This document shows positions 18,694-27,500 of a DNA stretch of 42,327 nt, in pieces. The DNA is taken from positions 1 through 42,327 of the forward strand of contig PFLP01000053.1 in the NCBI GenBank assembly GCA_002784625.1, read 5' to 3'. This stretch comes from Candidatus Pacebacteria bacterium CG_4_10_14_0_8_um_filter_42_14. Lineage in GTDB: Bacteria > Patescibacteriota > Microgenomatia > UBA1400 > PJMF01. A program made the position numbers and the translations under genes. Each line of letters starts with the position of its first letter. The first letter of the stretch is position 1. The notes under the pieces are model-generated. The model worked only from the letters and a program-made list of their open reading frames with translations, had not been told where the DNA came from and did not search any database.

Positions 18694-19678
18694 TTCTCAC
18701 AAAAAATCAGTCGTGGTAATGGGTGGTGGAACTGGTATTTATCCGGTTGTTTCAGCTTTAAAAAATTTGCCAGTAGAAGTGACCACAGTTATCGCCGTCT
18801 CAGATTCGGGGGGTTCGACCGGAAGAATTAGGGACGAATTTGGTTTTCCTCCAGTGGGTGACTTACGCCAATCACTAGCCGCTTTGGCCGATGTGAAAAG
18901 TCAAGAGTGGATTCAGAAATTACTTCTATATCGTTTTGAAAAAGGTACGGGCCTCGCCGGTCACAATCTTGGCAACTTAATTCTCACCGCTCTTCAAGAT
19001 ATGACAGGCTCAACCACCGAGGCGCTTAAGACGGCAAAAAACATCTTCAGAATTTCAGGTTCAGTTATTCCTGTGACAGAGTCATCTGTCCAGCTTGAAA
19101 TTCACTACACAGACGGTTCGATGGCTGTTGGAGAGCACATTCTTGATGAACAAACTGAGAATCCAAAAATAATTGAGTCAGTTCGCTTGACACCAGACTG
19201 TGTTCTTAATCCCGTTGCCGCTGAGGCTTTGTTAAATGCCGACCACATTATCATTGGTCCGGGAGATTTTTATGCAAGTTTGCTGGCGGTTCTGACAGCT
19301 CCGGGACTTAAAGAAGTTTTTCAAACAACCAAAGCCGAAGTTACCTACATTCTTAACTTAATGACCAGACATACCCAAACAAAGGACATGTCTGCCTTAG
19401 ACCACATTGCTAAGATTGAAAAAGCAATCGGAACAAAACTCTCACATGTTCTACAGAATACGGAGCCAGTGACAGCAAGTATGCTCGACCAGTACTCCCA
19501 GCAACACGAGTATGTAGTTTCCGATGACACTGATCCTGATGACAAAAGAATTGTTCACGCCTCACTTCTCGCAACAGAGAAACTTGATCAACATGAAGCG
19601 GATACAGTTCATAGATCTCTTCTTCGCCATGATGGCGATAAGCTTCTGCCAGTACTAGAAAAGCTTTTGGATCTCTAA
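18683..19678 (+). CDS. yvcK: YvcK/GlmR (CofD-like, UPF0052) family protein
   Basis: GGGTG, DSGGSTG..R, GDLRQ, GHNLGNL, IGPGDFYAS, NLMT, RHD. Confidence 0.92.
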   Translation: MKNNSHKKSVVVMGGGTGIYPVVSALKNLPVEVTTVIAVSDSGGSTGRIRDEFGFPPVGDLRQSLAALADVKSQEWIQKLLLYRFEKGTGLAGHNLGNLILTALQDMTGSTTEALKTAKNIFRISGSVIPVTESSVQLEIHYTDGSMAVGEHILDEQTENPKIIESVRLTPDCVLNPVAAEALLNADHIIIGPGDFYASLLAVLTAPGLKEVFQTTKAEVTYILNLMTRHTQTKDMSALDHIAKIEKAIGTKLSHVLQNTEPVTASMLDQYSQQHEYVVSDDTDPDDKRIVHASLLATEKLDQHEADTVHRSLLRHDGDKLLPVLEKLLDL

Positions 19679-21087
19679 TGTCTTCTTTGAATTATCAACA
19701 CTTTCACCTTGTCGGCATTAAAGGCGTAGCCATGTCTGCCTTAGCTCAGATTTTGTTTGATATGAATAAGAACGTGTCCGGCAGCGATGTGGCTGAGGAT
19801 TTTGTCACTATGGATCAGCTGAAGCGAATTGGAGTAACAATCCAGACTTCTTTTCTTGAGCCGCTCCCCGATGGAACAGACTGCATCATCTATACCGCAG
19901 CTCACCAATCAAAAAATAATCCTCAGGTCCAGGCGGCCATAAAACAAGGTTTGCCAGTTTATTCTCATGCAGAGGCCCTGGGTTTGCTTTTCCAGGAAAA
20001 AATTGGCATTGCTGTGTGTGGCGTCGGTGGGAAATCAACAATTTCTGCCATGATTGCTTGGGTTTTAGGGGTAACCTGCCGTGAGCCAGCGTTTGCAGTA
20101 GGAGTAGGAAGTATTGTTGGTTTAGAAAAAACTGGCTCCTGGTCAGAGCAAGCAAGATACTTTGTTGCCGAGGCCGATGAGTATGTGACTGACCCAACCG
20201 AAGTTGACGCCTCAAAAAGACGACCAAGATTTTCATACCTAAAGCCAAAAATGATTGTTTGTAGTAATGTCCTACATGATCACCCGGATGTATACGCTGA
20301 TTTAGACGCGACTAAAAAAACTTTCACCAATTTCTTCAACTCACTTCCTGCTGGCGGAACACTAATTATTGCCAGCGCCACAGGAACAGAGTATGTACTC
20401 AGGGAAGATATTAAGAAATCAACTTACGGTACAAATGATGAAGATGATTTTCGATTAGAAAAAAACACAAAAGTTGAGAATAGAATGATTATTGGCAGAC
20501 TCTGGCATCGGGAAGAATCATTCGAACTAAAACTAGGAGTACCTGGATTCTTTAACTTGCTAAACGCAACAGCAGCTTTTGCCGCTAGCCTCAAACTTGA
20601 TATTCCAGAAGCAGAAATTCTGGATGCTCTATCATCTTTTCGTTCTACAAAGAGACGTTTCGAGTATCTCGGTGAGAAGCAGGGAGTTCGTTACTATGAT
20701 GACTATGCTCACCATCCCTCAGAACTGAAGGCCGTGATCGCGGCTTTCGAGCAGTGGGAGCCTGACTCTCGAAAAGTGGTGGCCTTTCAACCTCATACTT
20801 TCTCAAGAACAAAAGCGCTTTTTTCAGAATTTGTGACCGCCTTAGCTGGAGTGAAAGAGTTGATCTTGCTTGATATTTATGCATCGGCGAGAGAAGGTCT
20901 TGATAGCAGCATCTCTTCAAAAATCTTAGCTGAGGCTGTGCAGCGGGAGTCACCAGAAACTAAAATTACTATAGTTGCGAATTTTCAGGATCTTGCTGAG
21001 TATTTTCGTAATGATCTTAAGTCAGGAGATGTCTGCATTACTCTTGGGGCAGGAGATATATATCAAGCTCACGGGTTCTTAAAATAA
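19678..21087 (+). CDS. murC: UDP-N-acetylmuramate--L-alanine ligase
   Basis: GIKGVAMSALA, GSD, GGKST, EADE, DHPD, RRF, DDYAHHP.E, FQPH..SRT, GAGDI. Confidence 0.93.
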   Translation: MSSLNYQHFHLVGIKGVAMSALAQILFDMNKNVSGSDVAEDFVTMDQLKRIGVTIQTSFLEPLPDGTDCIIYTAAHQSKNNPQVQAAIKQGLPVYSHAEALGLLFQEKIGIAVCGVGGKSTISAMIAWVLGVTCREPAFAVGVGSIVGLEKTGSWSEQARYFVAEADEYVTDPTEVDASKRRPRFSYLKPKMIVCSNVLHDHPDVYADLDATKKTFTNFFNSLPAGGTLIIASATGTEYVLREDIKKSTYGTNDEDDFRLEKNTKVENRMIIGRLWHREESFELKLGVPGFFNLLNATAAFAASLKLDIPEAEILDALSSFRSTKRRFEYLGEKQGVRYYDDYAHHPSELKAVIAAFEQWEPDSRKVVAFQPHTFSRTKALFSEFVTALAGVKELILLDIYASAREGLDSSISSKILAEAVQRESPETKITIVANFQDLAEYFRNDLKSGDVCITLGAGDIYQAHGFLK

Positions 21088-21091
21088 ATCT

Positions 21092-22165
21092 ATGTCTTTA
21101 CTCACCCAACAACTCAAAAATGCCTTGCCAACAGTTGACTTCCATGAGGAAGAAGCGCTTGCTCCTCACACAACTGTGAGAATTGGGGGTCCGGCAGAAG
21201 TTTTTTGTCGGGCAAAAACCACTCTTGAACTAGAAGCATTGGTCAAGTTTGCAAAATCAAATGAAATCCCTCTAACAATTCTTGGGTGGGGTTCGAATAC
21301 ACTTATTGCTGACAGAGGCATTAGAGGATTAGTTGTTCGCAATGAAGCTAAGGAACTTGAAATCTTAGAGACAAACGAATCCGAAAAAATTGACCCGCAT
21401 AAGGTTGAAGCCCGCTGGCAACACGCTGAGAGTAAAGCAGTTATGCCTCAGTTCGACTCGATTGTTTATGACGAGTCAGGCTCAGAGTCTGTTCGTGTAA
21501 GGATTGCAGCCGGCATGCCACTTGCCAATCTAATCCAGATACTTCTCAGAGAAGGTATCACTGGTCTGCAGTGGTTCTCACGAATTCCAGCCACAGTTGG
21601 GGGAGGCATCGTTAACAATATTCACGGCGGAACTCATTTTTTCTCAGACTACATTGAGTCAGTAGAAGTAATTGACGAGTCAGGATCTCTTAGAGAATTG
21701 GCAGCAAAAGATTTGGATTTTGGCTATGACGTTTCTCGTTTTCACAATTCTAAGGAAATCATTCTTTCAGCAATTTTTAGACTTTATCGAGGCGACGTGA
21801 AGAAGGCTCAGGCCATCATTGCTGAGTGGTCCAGACAAAAGCAGCTTCAGCCCGCGAAGTCTCTTGGCTGTGTTTTTCAAAATATCTCAGCTGAGGATCA
21901 AGAGAGGCTTAGTTTGCCAACTCCAAGCGTTGGCTACATAGTCGACAATATTCTTAATCTAAAGGGCCAGCGGAGCGGAGACGCGCAAATTTCTGAGCAG
22001 CACGCGGCGTTTATCATCAATACTGGCAAGGCAACAGCTGACAATTACTTAGCATTGCTAAAAAAAGTATATATCGAGACAAAGACAAAACTTGATATAA
22101 AGTTAACCCCTGAGATATTTTTCTTGGGCTTCACCCAAGCAGAGCTTAGCTTTTTAGATGCTTGA
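21092..22165 (+). CDS. murB: UDP-N-acetylenolpyruvoylglucosamine reductase
   Basis: HTT.RIGGPA, LG.GSN, IPATVGG, GCVFQN, HAAFIIN.G.ATA, L.PE. Confidence 0.92.
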   Translation: MSLLTQQLKNALPTVDFHEEEALAPHTTVRIGGPAEVFCRAKTTLELEALVKFAKSNEIPLTILGWGSNTLIADRGIRGLVVRNEAKELEILETNESEKIDPHKVEARWQHAESKAVMPQFDSIVYDESGSESVRVRIAAGMPLANLIQILLREGITGLQWFSRIPATVGGGIVNNIHGGTHFFSDYIESVEVIDESGSLRELAAKDLDFGYDVSRFHNSKEIILSAIFRLYRGDVKKAQAIIAEWSRQKQLQPAKSLGCVFQNISAEDQERLSLPTPSVGYIVDNILNLKGQRSGDAQISEQHAAFIINTGKATADNYLALLKKVYIETKTKLDIKLTPEIFFLGFTQAELSFLDA

Positions 22166-22170
22166 GAAGG

Positions 22171-22176
22171 TATAAT
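22171..22176 (+). promoter_or_regulatory. Consensus -10 TATAAT, 7 nt before murA ATG 22184
   Basis: TATAAT in the short murB-murA gap; supports ATG 22184 over 22175. Confidence 0.6.
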
Positions 22177-22183
22177 GAAACAG

Positions 22184-23500
22184 ATGTCACAAATTAGAAT
22201 CGTTGGTGGAAAGCCCCTACTTGGATCAGTGCGGATCGGTGGAGCCAAAAATGCCTCATATAAACTGATGCTTGCGGCGCTAATGGGAAACTCTGGTTCC
22301 AGACTTCTTAACTTTTCAAAAATAAAAGATGTCGAGACTGTCGGTGAGATCATTAGAACGCTGGGTGGTACTGTCGCAGCAATTGGCGAGAGAGCGCTCT
22401 CGATAGATCCCACGGAAATGACATCGTTTGAGTTATCAGCAAATGTCGGCGAGCAAGGCCGATTTTCAAGCATATTTTTAGCACCTCTCCTGGCAAAATT
22501 TGGTAGAGCTGTTGTGCCTGCTCCGGGTGGCGATAAAATTGGCAAGCGTTCTCTTGAGTGGCACTTTGACGGTCTCAGCGCTCTTGGGGCAAAAATCGAG
22601 ATCAAGGATGGCATGTACAACGCCTCAGCTGAAAAGTTGGTTGGAACAACTTATCGTTTCCCTAAAAATACACACACGGGTACAGAAACACTTTTGTTGG
22701 CTGCAGTTTTAGCAGAAGGAAAGACGATTCTTGAGAATTCAGCCGAAGAAAATGAGATCGATGATTTGATTTCATTCCTAAATGCAATGGGAGCCAAAAT
22801 TCAAAGGCGGCCATCTCGCGTGATAGAGATAGAGGGCGTAAAAGAACTTCACGGGGCTATTCATAGAATCATGCCAGATCAAAATGAGGCGGTGAGTTAT
22901 GCTTGTGCTGCCATAGCTACCCAGGGTGATATTGTCATCGAAAACGCCAATCATCACCACCTGAACTCTTTTCTCGAGAAGCTTGACGAAATGGGCGCCG
23001 GATACGAAGTTGGACAGTATGGAATTAGATTTTATTACAAGGGAGCTCTAAAGGCTGTAGACATTGAGACTAAAATAGCTCCTGGGTTCAAGACTGACTG
23101 GCAGCCATTACTGGCAACTCTTGTTACTCAAGCAGAAGGAACAAGCATTATTCATGAAACAATATACGAAAACAGATTCCTGTACGTTGACGCGCTCAGA
23201 GATATGGGTGCAAAGATAGAGTTTTTCCAGCCCGAAGTAACTGACCCAGAAGAGACCTACAACTTTAACTACAAGAATACTGATCCAAATCTTCCACACG
23301 CAATTCGCATCGAAGGTAAGACGCCACTAATAGGCGGCAATTTCTCGGTACTAGATCTTCGCCATGGGGCCACCCTGGTCATTGCTGGTCTAATTGCTTC
23401 AGGCACGACAGTGCTCGAAAAAATTGAACAAATTGATAGAGGCTATGAATCATTGCCTGAAAGACTTCAGTCTCTCGGCGCGGACATCGTCAGAAAGTAG
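22184..23500 (+). CDS. murA: UDP-N-acetylglucosamine 1-carboxyvinyltransferase, Cys->Asp type
   Basis: GAKNA, PGGDKIG.R, GTET, PGFKTD.Q, ET.YENRF, DLRHG, IDRGYE. Confidence 0.95.
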   Translation: MSQIRIVGGKPLLGSVRIGGAKNASYKLMLAALMGNSGSRLLNFSKIKDVETVGEIIRTLGGTVAAIGERALSIDPTEMTSFELSANVGEQGRFSSIFLAPLLAKFGRAVVPAPGGDKIGKRSLEWHFDGLSALGAKIEIKDGMYNASAEKLVGTTYRFPKNTHTGTETLLLAAVLAEGKTILENSAEENEIDDLISFLNAMGAKIQRRPSRVIEIEGVKELHGAIHRIMPDQNEAVSYACAAIATQGDIVIENANHHHLNSFLEKLDEMGAGYEVGQYGIRFYYKGALKAVDIETKIAPGFKTDWQPLLATLVTQAEGTSIIHETIYENRFLYVDALRDMGAKIEFFQPEVTDPEETYNFNYKNTDPNLPHAIRIEGKTPLIGGNFSVLDLRHGATLVIAGLIASGTTVLEKIEQIDRGYESLPERLQSLGADIVRK

Positions 23501-23512
23501 TATCATAATTGT

Positions 23513-24559
23513 ATGCAGTCATTTGGAATTGCCCTCGGTGTTTTGTTGTTCTCGTTTATTTTGACGTCAGTAGCGATTGTTCCCTTTATTAATTTACTGT
23601 ATTCGCTTCGTTTTCAAAGACAGAAACAGATGTCGACTGATAATTTTGGCAAACTAACGCCAATATTTAATAAATTTCATGCTGTGAAGGCAGGCGTGCC
23701 AGTCGGAGGGGGACTTTTGGTAATTGCGGTGGTTTCTCTTGTGTTCGCAGCTTTATTGCCGCTCATGAAGTATTTTGGTCAAGAAATAACTAGCGTTCAC
23801 CGCTCGATTGGGGCAGAGATTAATATCATCTTTTTCTCTTTCTTTTCTTTTGGAATTCTCGGTCTATACGATGACATCAAGAAGTTTTTCAAAATTCCCA
23901 AAAGTGGATTTTTTGGTCTAAGAATGAAGCATAAGTTTATTCTTGAATTAATTTTAGCTCTTATTATTAGCATCATGATGTATCAACAGCTGGGAATTTC
24001 TTTTATTAATATTCCTTTTGTCGGTACTTTTAATCTTGGCTTGATGTTTATCCCTTTTGCTACTTTCACTATTGTTGCTTTTGCCAATGCTATTAATGTC
24101 ACCGATGGCTTAGATGGTCTGGCCGCAGGTTCACTTATGATCTCCTTGTTTGGCTTGTGGTTATTGTCAGCCTCAATTCTTGACGTTCCTTTATCGGTTT
24201 TTATCGCCGTCTGGATTGGTTCGCTGATTTCTTTTCTATATTTTAATGTCTTTCCGGCTCGCTTGTTTATGGGTGATGTTGGCTCTCTTTCTTTCGGAGC
24301 TACGCTGGCGGTCATAGGCCTTCTTTTGGGCAAGGTTTTCGCTTTAGTCGTGATTGGTTTTATTTTTGTTTTAGAAATCTCAAGTTCACTGGCGCAACTG
24401 ATGAGCAAAAAATTCAGGAATAAGAGCCTTATTCCAGCCGCTCCATTTCATTTAACGCTTCAGTCTCTTGGATGGGAAGAACCCAAAATTGTTCAGCGGG
24501 CTTGGCTTGTACAGATCATGTTGACAATCTTTGGCGTCTGGCTAACCGTAATTCGATGA
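23513..24559 (+). CDS. mraY: Phospho-N-acetylmuramoyl-peptide transferase MraY (divergent)
   Basis: About 10 TM, YDD, NAINVTDGLDGL, FMGDVGS, GW.E.KIV.R; HHH motif degenerate. Confidence 0.9.
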   Translation: MQSFGIALGVLLFSFILTSVAIVPFINLLYSLRFQRQKQMSTDNFGKLTPIFNKFHAVKAGVPVGGGLLVIAVVSLVFAALLPLMKYFGQEITSVHRSIGAEINIIFFSFFSFGILGLYDDIKKFFKIPKSGFFGLRMKHKFILELILALIISIMMYQQLGISFINIPFVGTFNLGLMFIPFATFTIVAFANAINVTDGLDGLAAGSLMISLFGLWLLSASILDVPLSVFIAVWIGSLISFLYFNVFPARLFMGDVGSLSFGATLAVIGLLLGKVFALVVIGFIFVLEISSSLAQLMSKKFRNKSLIPAAPFHLTLQSLGWEEPKIVQRAWLVQIMLTIFGVWLTVIR

Positions 24560-25638
24560 AGCATAAAAAACATCCGGCTCGATTTGATCGTGTGCTTTTA
24601 ATAGTAATTATTTCTTTGAGTTTACTTGGATTTTTACTAATGTTTGATAGCTCAGTGATCGAGAGCTACCAAACATTTGGCTCGCCGTACGCTTTGATTC
24701 GACAACAGGGCCTGGGTTTAATTCTTGGCTGCATTGCTTTTCTTGGGACTTTCCTGATACCTCCAAAATTTTGGATCAAGTTTGGGAAAATTGGCTACAT
24801 TTTCGGTGTACTGTTACTGGTCTTAGTTTTTGTTCCAGGCATCGGTGTAGAGCTGAATGGTGCTCACCGTTGGCTAAATGCAGGTTTTACCTTACTTCAG
24901 CCAATCGAGATTTTTAAATTTTTATTTATTGCAGCGATGGCTAGATGGTTTTCTGAGCACCAGCGCATTAGACCATTTTTAGCTGTCACCGCCATTCCTG
25001 TGATCTTATTGCTACTTCAGCCAGATCTGGGTTCGACTATGCTGTTAGTGCTAATTGCCGTTGGAATGTTTTTTCTTGCCGGCGGGTCTTTGAAAAAAAT
25101 TAGCCTGATCGGATTAAGCATAATTCCCTTAGTATTGGTGGCGATATTTTTGTCTCCATACAGACTTGAGCGGATGAAGACATTTTTGGATCCAAACTAT
25201 GATCCTTTGGGAAGTAGCTTCCACATGCGACAGGCCATAGTAGCAATTGGGGGCGGGGGTTTTTTTGGAAAAGGTATCGGCAATTCCAGTCAAAAATTCT
25301 CGTACGTTCCCGAGACAAGCACAGACTCAATTTTTGCCATCGTTGGTGAAGAGCTCGGTTTTATTGGTGCGTTTAGCTTGATTCTAGGATTTGGTTTATT
25401 CTTTTGGTTGGTCTATAAAACAGCTCAGCATCCAGACAACTCGCCAGAAGAAAGACTCTTGGTTTTTGGGTTGCTTCTATGGATTGCAGGCCAAGTGATT
25501 TTGAATTTGTCCGCTATCGTAGGCTTGCTCCCACTAACTGGGGTGCCATTGCCGTTTTTTTCGTATGGTAGATCATCTTTGATCATGATATTGTTTGCCT
25601 CAGGTACTATTTTGCAAATTGCTCGACAGAACAAATGA
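24556..25638 (+). CDS. ftsW: SEDS peptidoglycan polymerase FtsW
   Basis: NGAHRW, QPIE..K, QPDLGS, PE.STDSIFAIVGEELG, PLTGVPLPFFSYG.SS; ATG 24556 overlaps mraY stop. Confidence 0.92.
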   Translation: MKHKKHPARFDRVLLIVIISLSLLGFLLMFDSSVIESYQTFGSPYALIRQQGLGLILGCIAFLGTFLIPPKFWIKFGKIGYIFGVLLLVLVFVPGIGVELNGAHRWLNAGFTLLQPIEIFKFLFIAAMARWFSEHQRIRPFLAVTAIPVILLLLQPDLGSTMLLVLIAVGMFFLAGGSLKKISLIGLSIIPLVLVAIFLSPYRLERMKTFLDPNYDPLGSSFHMRQAIVAIGGGGFFGKGIGNSSQKFSYVPETSTDSIFAIVGEELGFIGAFSLILGFGLFFWLVYKTAQHPDNSPEERLLVFGLLLWIAGQVILNLSAIVGLLPLTGVPLPFFSYGRSSLIMILFASGTILQIARQNK

Positions 25639-26753
25639 AAATTCTTATTAGTGGGGGACATTTAACCCCAGCGTTGGCCTTTATTGATTTCGTCAAAACT
25701 CAAAAAAAAATCGAGATGGTTTTTGTTGGGCGTATCTATTCTCAGGAGAGATCAAAGCAGCGCTCACACGAAAGTGAAGAAGTTTCAAAACGGAAAGTTA
25801 GGTTTATACCGTTTAAATCAGGAAAACTTTTGCCATCGGCTAGTATTTTTGCCTTAAAAGAACTTGGGTTGCTGATTCAGGGAATCTTTCATGCTCTTCT
25901 TATCATTAGATCTGAAAAGCCGACCTTGGTGGTGACATTTGGTGGCTATATGGCGGTACCGCTCGCCCTTGCCGCCTGGTTGCATAGAATACCCGTTGTC
26001 CTTCATGAGCAAACTTCTGTTGTTGGAGTTAGTAATTCATTTATTGGTCGAATTGCTACTTTAGTCGCTGTTTCATACCCACATGTTGAGAAAGTATTTC
26101 AAGGAAGGGATGTAGTAGTCACGGGAAATTTGCTCAGAAAGCAACTTCTTAATCAAGAAGTATCGCGGCCAACTTGGTTAGCGGCAACAACTTCAAAGCC
26201 TATTTTGTACATCACTGGTGGTAATCAAGGCTCTGAAGTCATCAATACTTCTGTGCTGCAACTCCTTCCCCAGCTCACTCGGGACTGGACAGTTATCCAT
26301 CAGTGTGGAACCGTCAGTGAGCAGAGTGATTATCAAAAAGTTCTAGAAGATGAGAGTCGAAAACTTTCTGCGGTTGGTAGAGAAAGATATGCAGTGCGAG
26401 AATGGATTAATGAAAACGAACTTGCATGGATCTACCAGAACTGTGCCGCCGCTGTTTCTCGATCTGGTGCTAACACAACCTTTGAGTTTTTGTATTTTGC
26501 CATTCCCTCGATTTTGATCCCACTGCCTTTTTCACCTCGCCAGGAGCAACAAAAGAATGCTGAGTTTTTGGCAAAAATGGGTGGAGCTATTTTGCTTTCT
26601 CAAAAGGAGTTATCAACTCAATCACTTAGAAACTCTCTTTCAGAGCTACAAAAAAATGCTCGTAGATACAAAAATAAGCTTCTCAAGAATACACCAGAAA
26701 TTGGGGGAGCAGAGCGTTTGTGGCAAGCTTTGTCAAAACGAGGTTTAGTCTAG
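25635..26753 (+). CDS. murG: Lipid II GlcNAc transferase MurG
   Basis: GGHL.P, FGGY, HEQ, TGN, GGNQGS, SRSGANT, EQ..NA. Confidence 0.93.
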   Translation: MKILISGGHLTPALAFIDFVKTQKKIEMVFVGRIYSQERSKQRSHESEEVSKRKVRFIPFKSGKLLPSASIFALKELGLLIQGIFHALLIIRSEKPTLVVTFGGYMAVPLALAAWLHRIPVVLHEQTSVVGVSNSFIGRIATLVAVSYPHVEKVFQGRDVVVTGNLLRKQLLNQEVSRPTWLAATTSKPILYITGGNQGSEVINTSVLQLLPQLTRDWTVIHQCGTVSEQSDYQKVLEDESRKLSAVGRERYAVREWINENELAWIYQNCAAAVSRSGANTTFEFLYFAIPSILIPLPFSPRQEQQKNAEFLAKMGGAILLSQKELSTQSLRNSLSELQKNARRYKNKLLKNTPEIGGAERLWQALSKRGLV

Positions 26754-26765
26754 ACGGACCAGTTT

Positions 26766-27473
26766 ATGAAGCAGAAATTAATCGCGCTTCTTGGACTCAC
26801 TTTGCTTAGCATATTAGTTTTTTTCTGTTTAAGACAATGGATTTTTGTTGTCAATCAAGTGTCCTGCTCATTCGAAGATGGCCAGAGTTGCGAAGAGAGA
26901 ATCGATCACTCGGTTTTGAAGAGAACGCCCCTGTTTTTTACCAACTTTTATGAAAATGAATCCTTACAAGAAGTGTTGAGTACTCAGCAGTTGCAGCTAT
27001 TGGATTACAAAATTGTCCTGCCTGGAACTTTGTCGCTAGTGGTTGATCATGAGCCAGTGGTTTATAAACTTACTCTTCCGGATTCAGCTAAGTTCTTGGT
27101 CACAAGGTCGGGCCAACTTCTTCCCAGTAGTGAGGATGAGGGGGATAACTTGGTGAAAATCAATGTTTCTAGCTCAACAGTCGAGTTGATTAGTGAAGAC
27201 AGAGTTTTGCCTAAAGTACAGACGACGTTTTTAGAACTAGAAAAAATAATCTCGGAGAATAACCTAAATTTGGAATACGTGGTCTGGAGAGAAGACCATG
27301 AATTAATGGTAAAGCTGAAATCTGGTCAACAACTACTAATCGATCCTGATAGCATTGCCACTCTGTCAGAGATAATCCCAGCATCTCTCCAGACAGCAGC
27401 AAGAAACTCTGGAGATGACAAAATTGAGATAGATTTGCGTTTTGCCCTGCCAGTACTACGCACACCTCAATAA
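26766..27473 (+). CDS. ftsQ: Probable FtsQ/DivIB-like protein (divergent)
   Basis: N-terminal TM, LPGTL.L.V POTRA-like end, C-terminal IDLRF..PV motif, position before ftsA. Confidence 0.72.
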   Translation: MKQKLIALLGLTLLSILVFFCLRQWIFVVNQVSCSFEDGQSCEERIDHSVLKRTPLFFTNFYENESLQEVLSTQQLQLLDYKIVLPGTLSLVVDHEPVVYKLTLPDSAKFLVTRSGQLLPSSEDEGDNLVKINVSSSTVELISEDRVLPKVQTTFLELEKIISENNLNLEYVVWREDHELMVKLKSGQQLLIDPDSIATLSEIIPASLQTAARNSGDDKIEIDLRFALPVLRTPQ

Positions 27474-27500
27474 ATTTGCTATGCTACGATAATCTATTCT

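Noticed and set aside
22045-22620. 191-aa antisense ORF across murB/murA, and the other short nested ORFs in the track
   Set aside because: Overlap well-supported genes and show no family motifs
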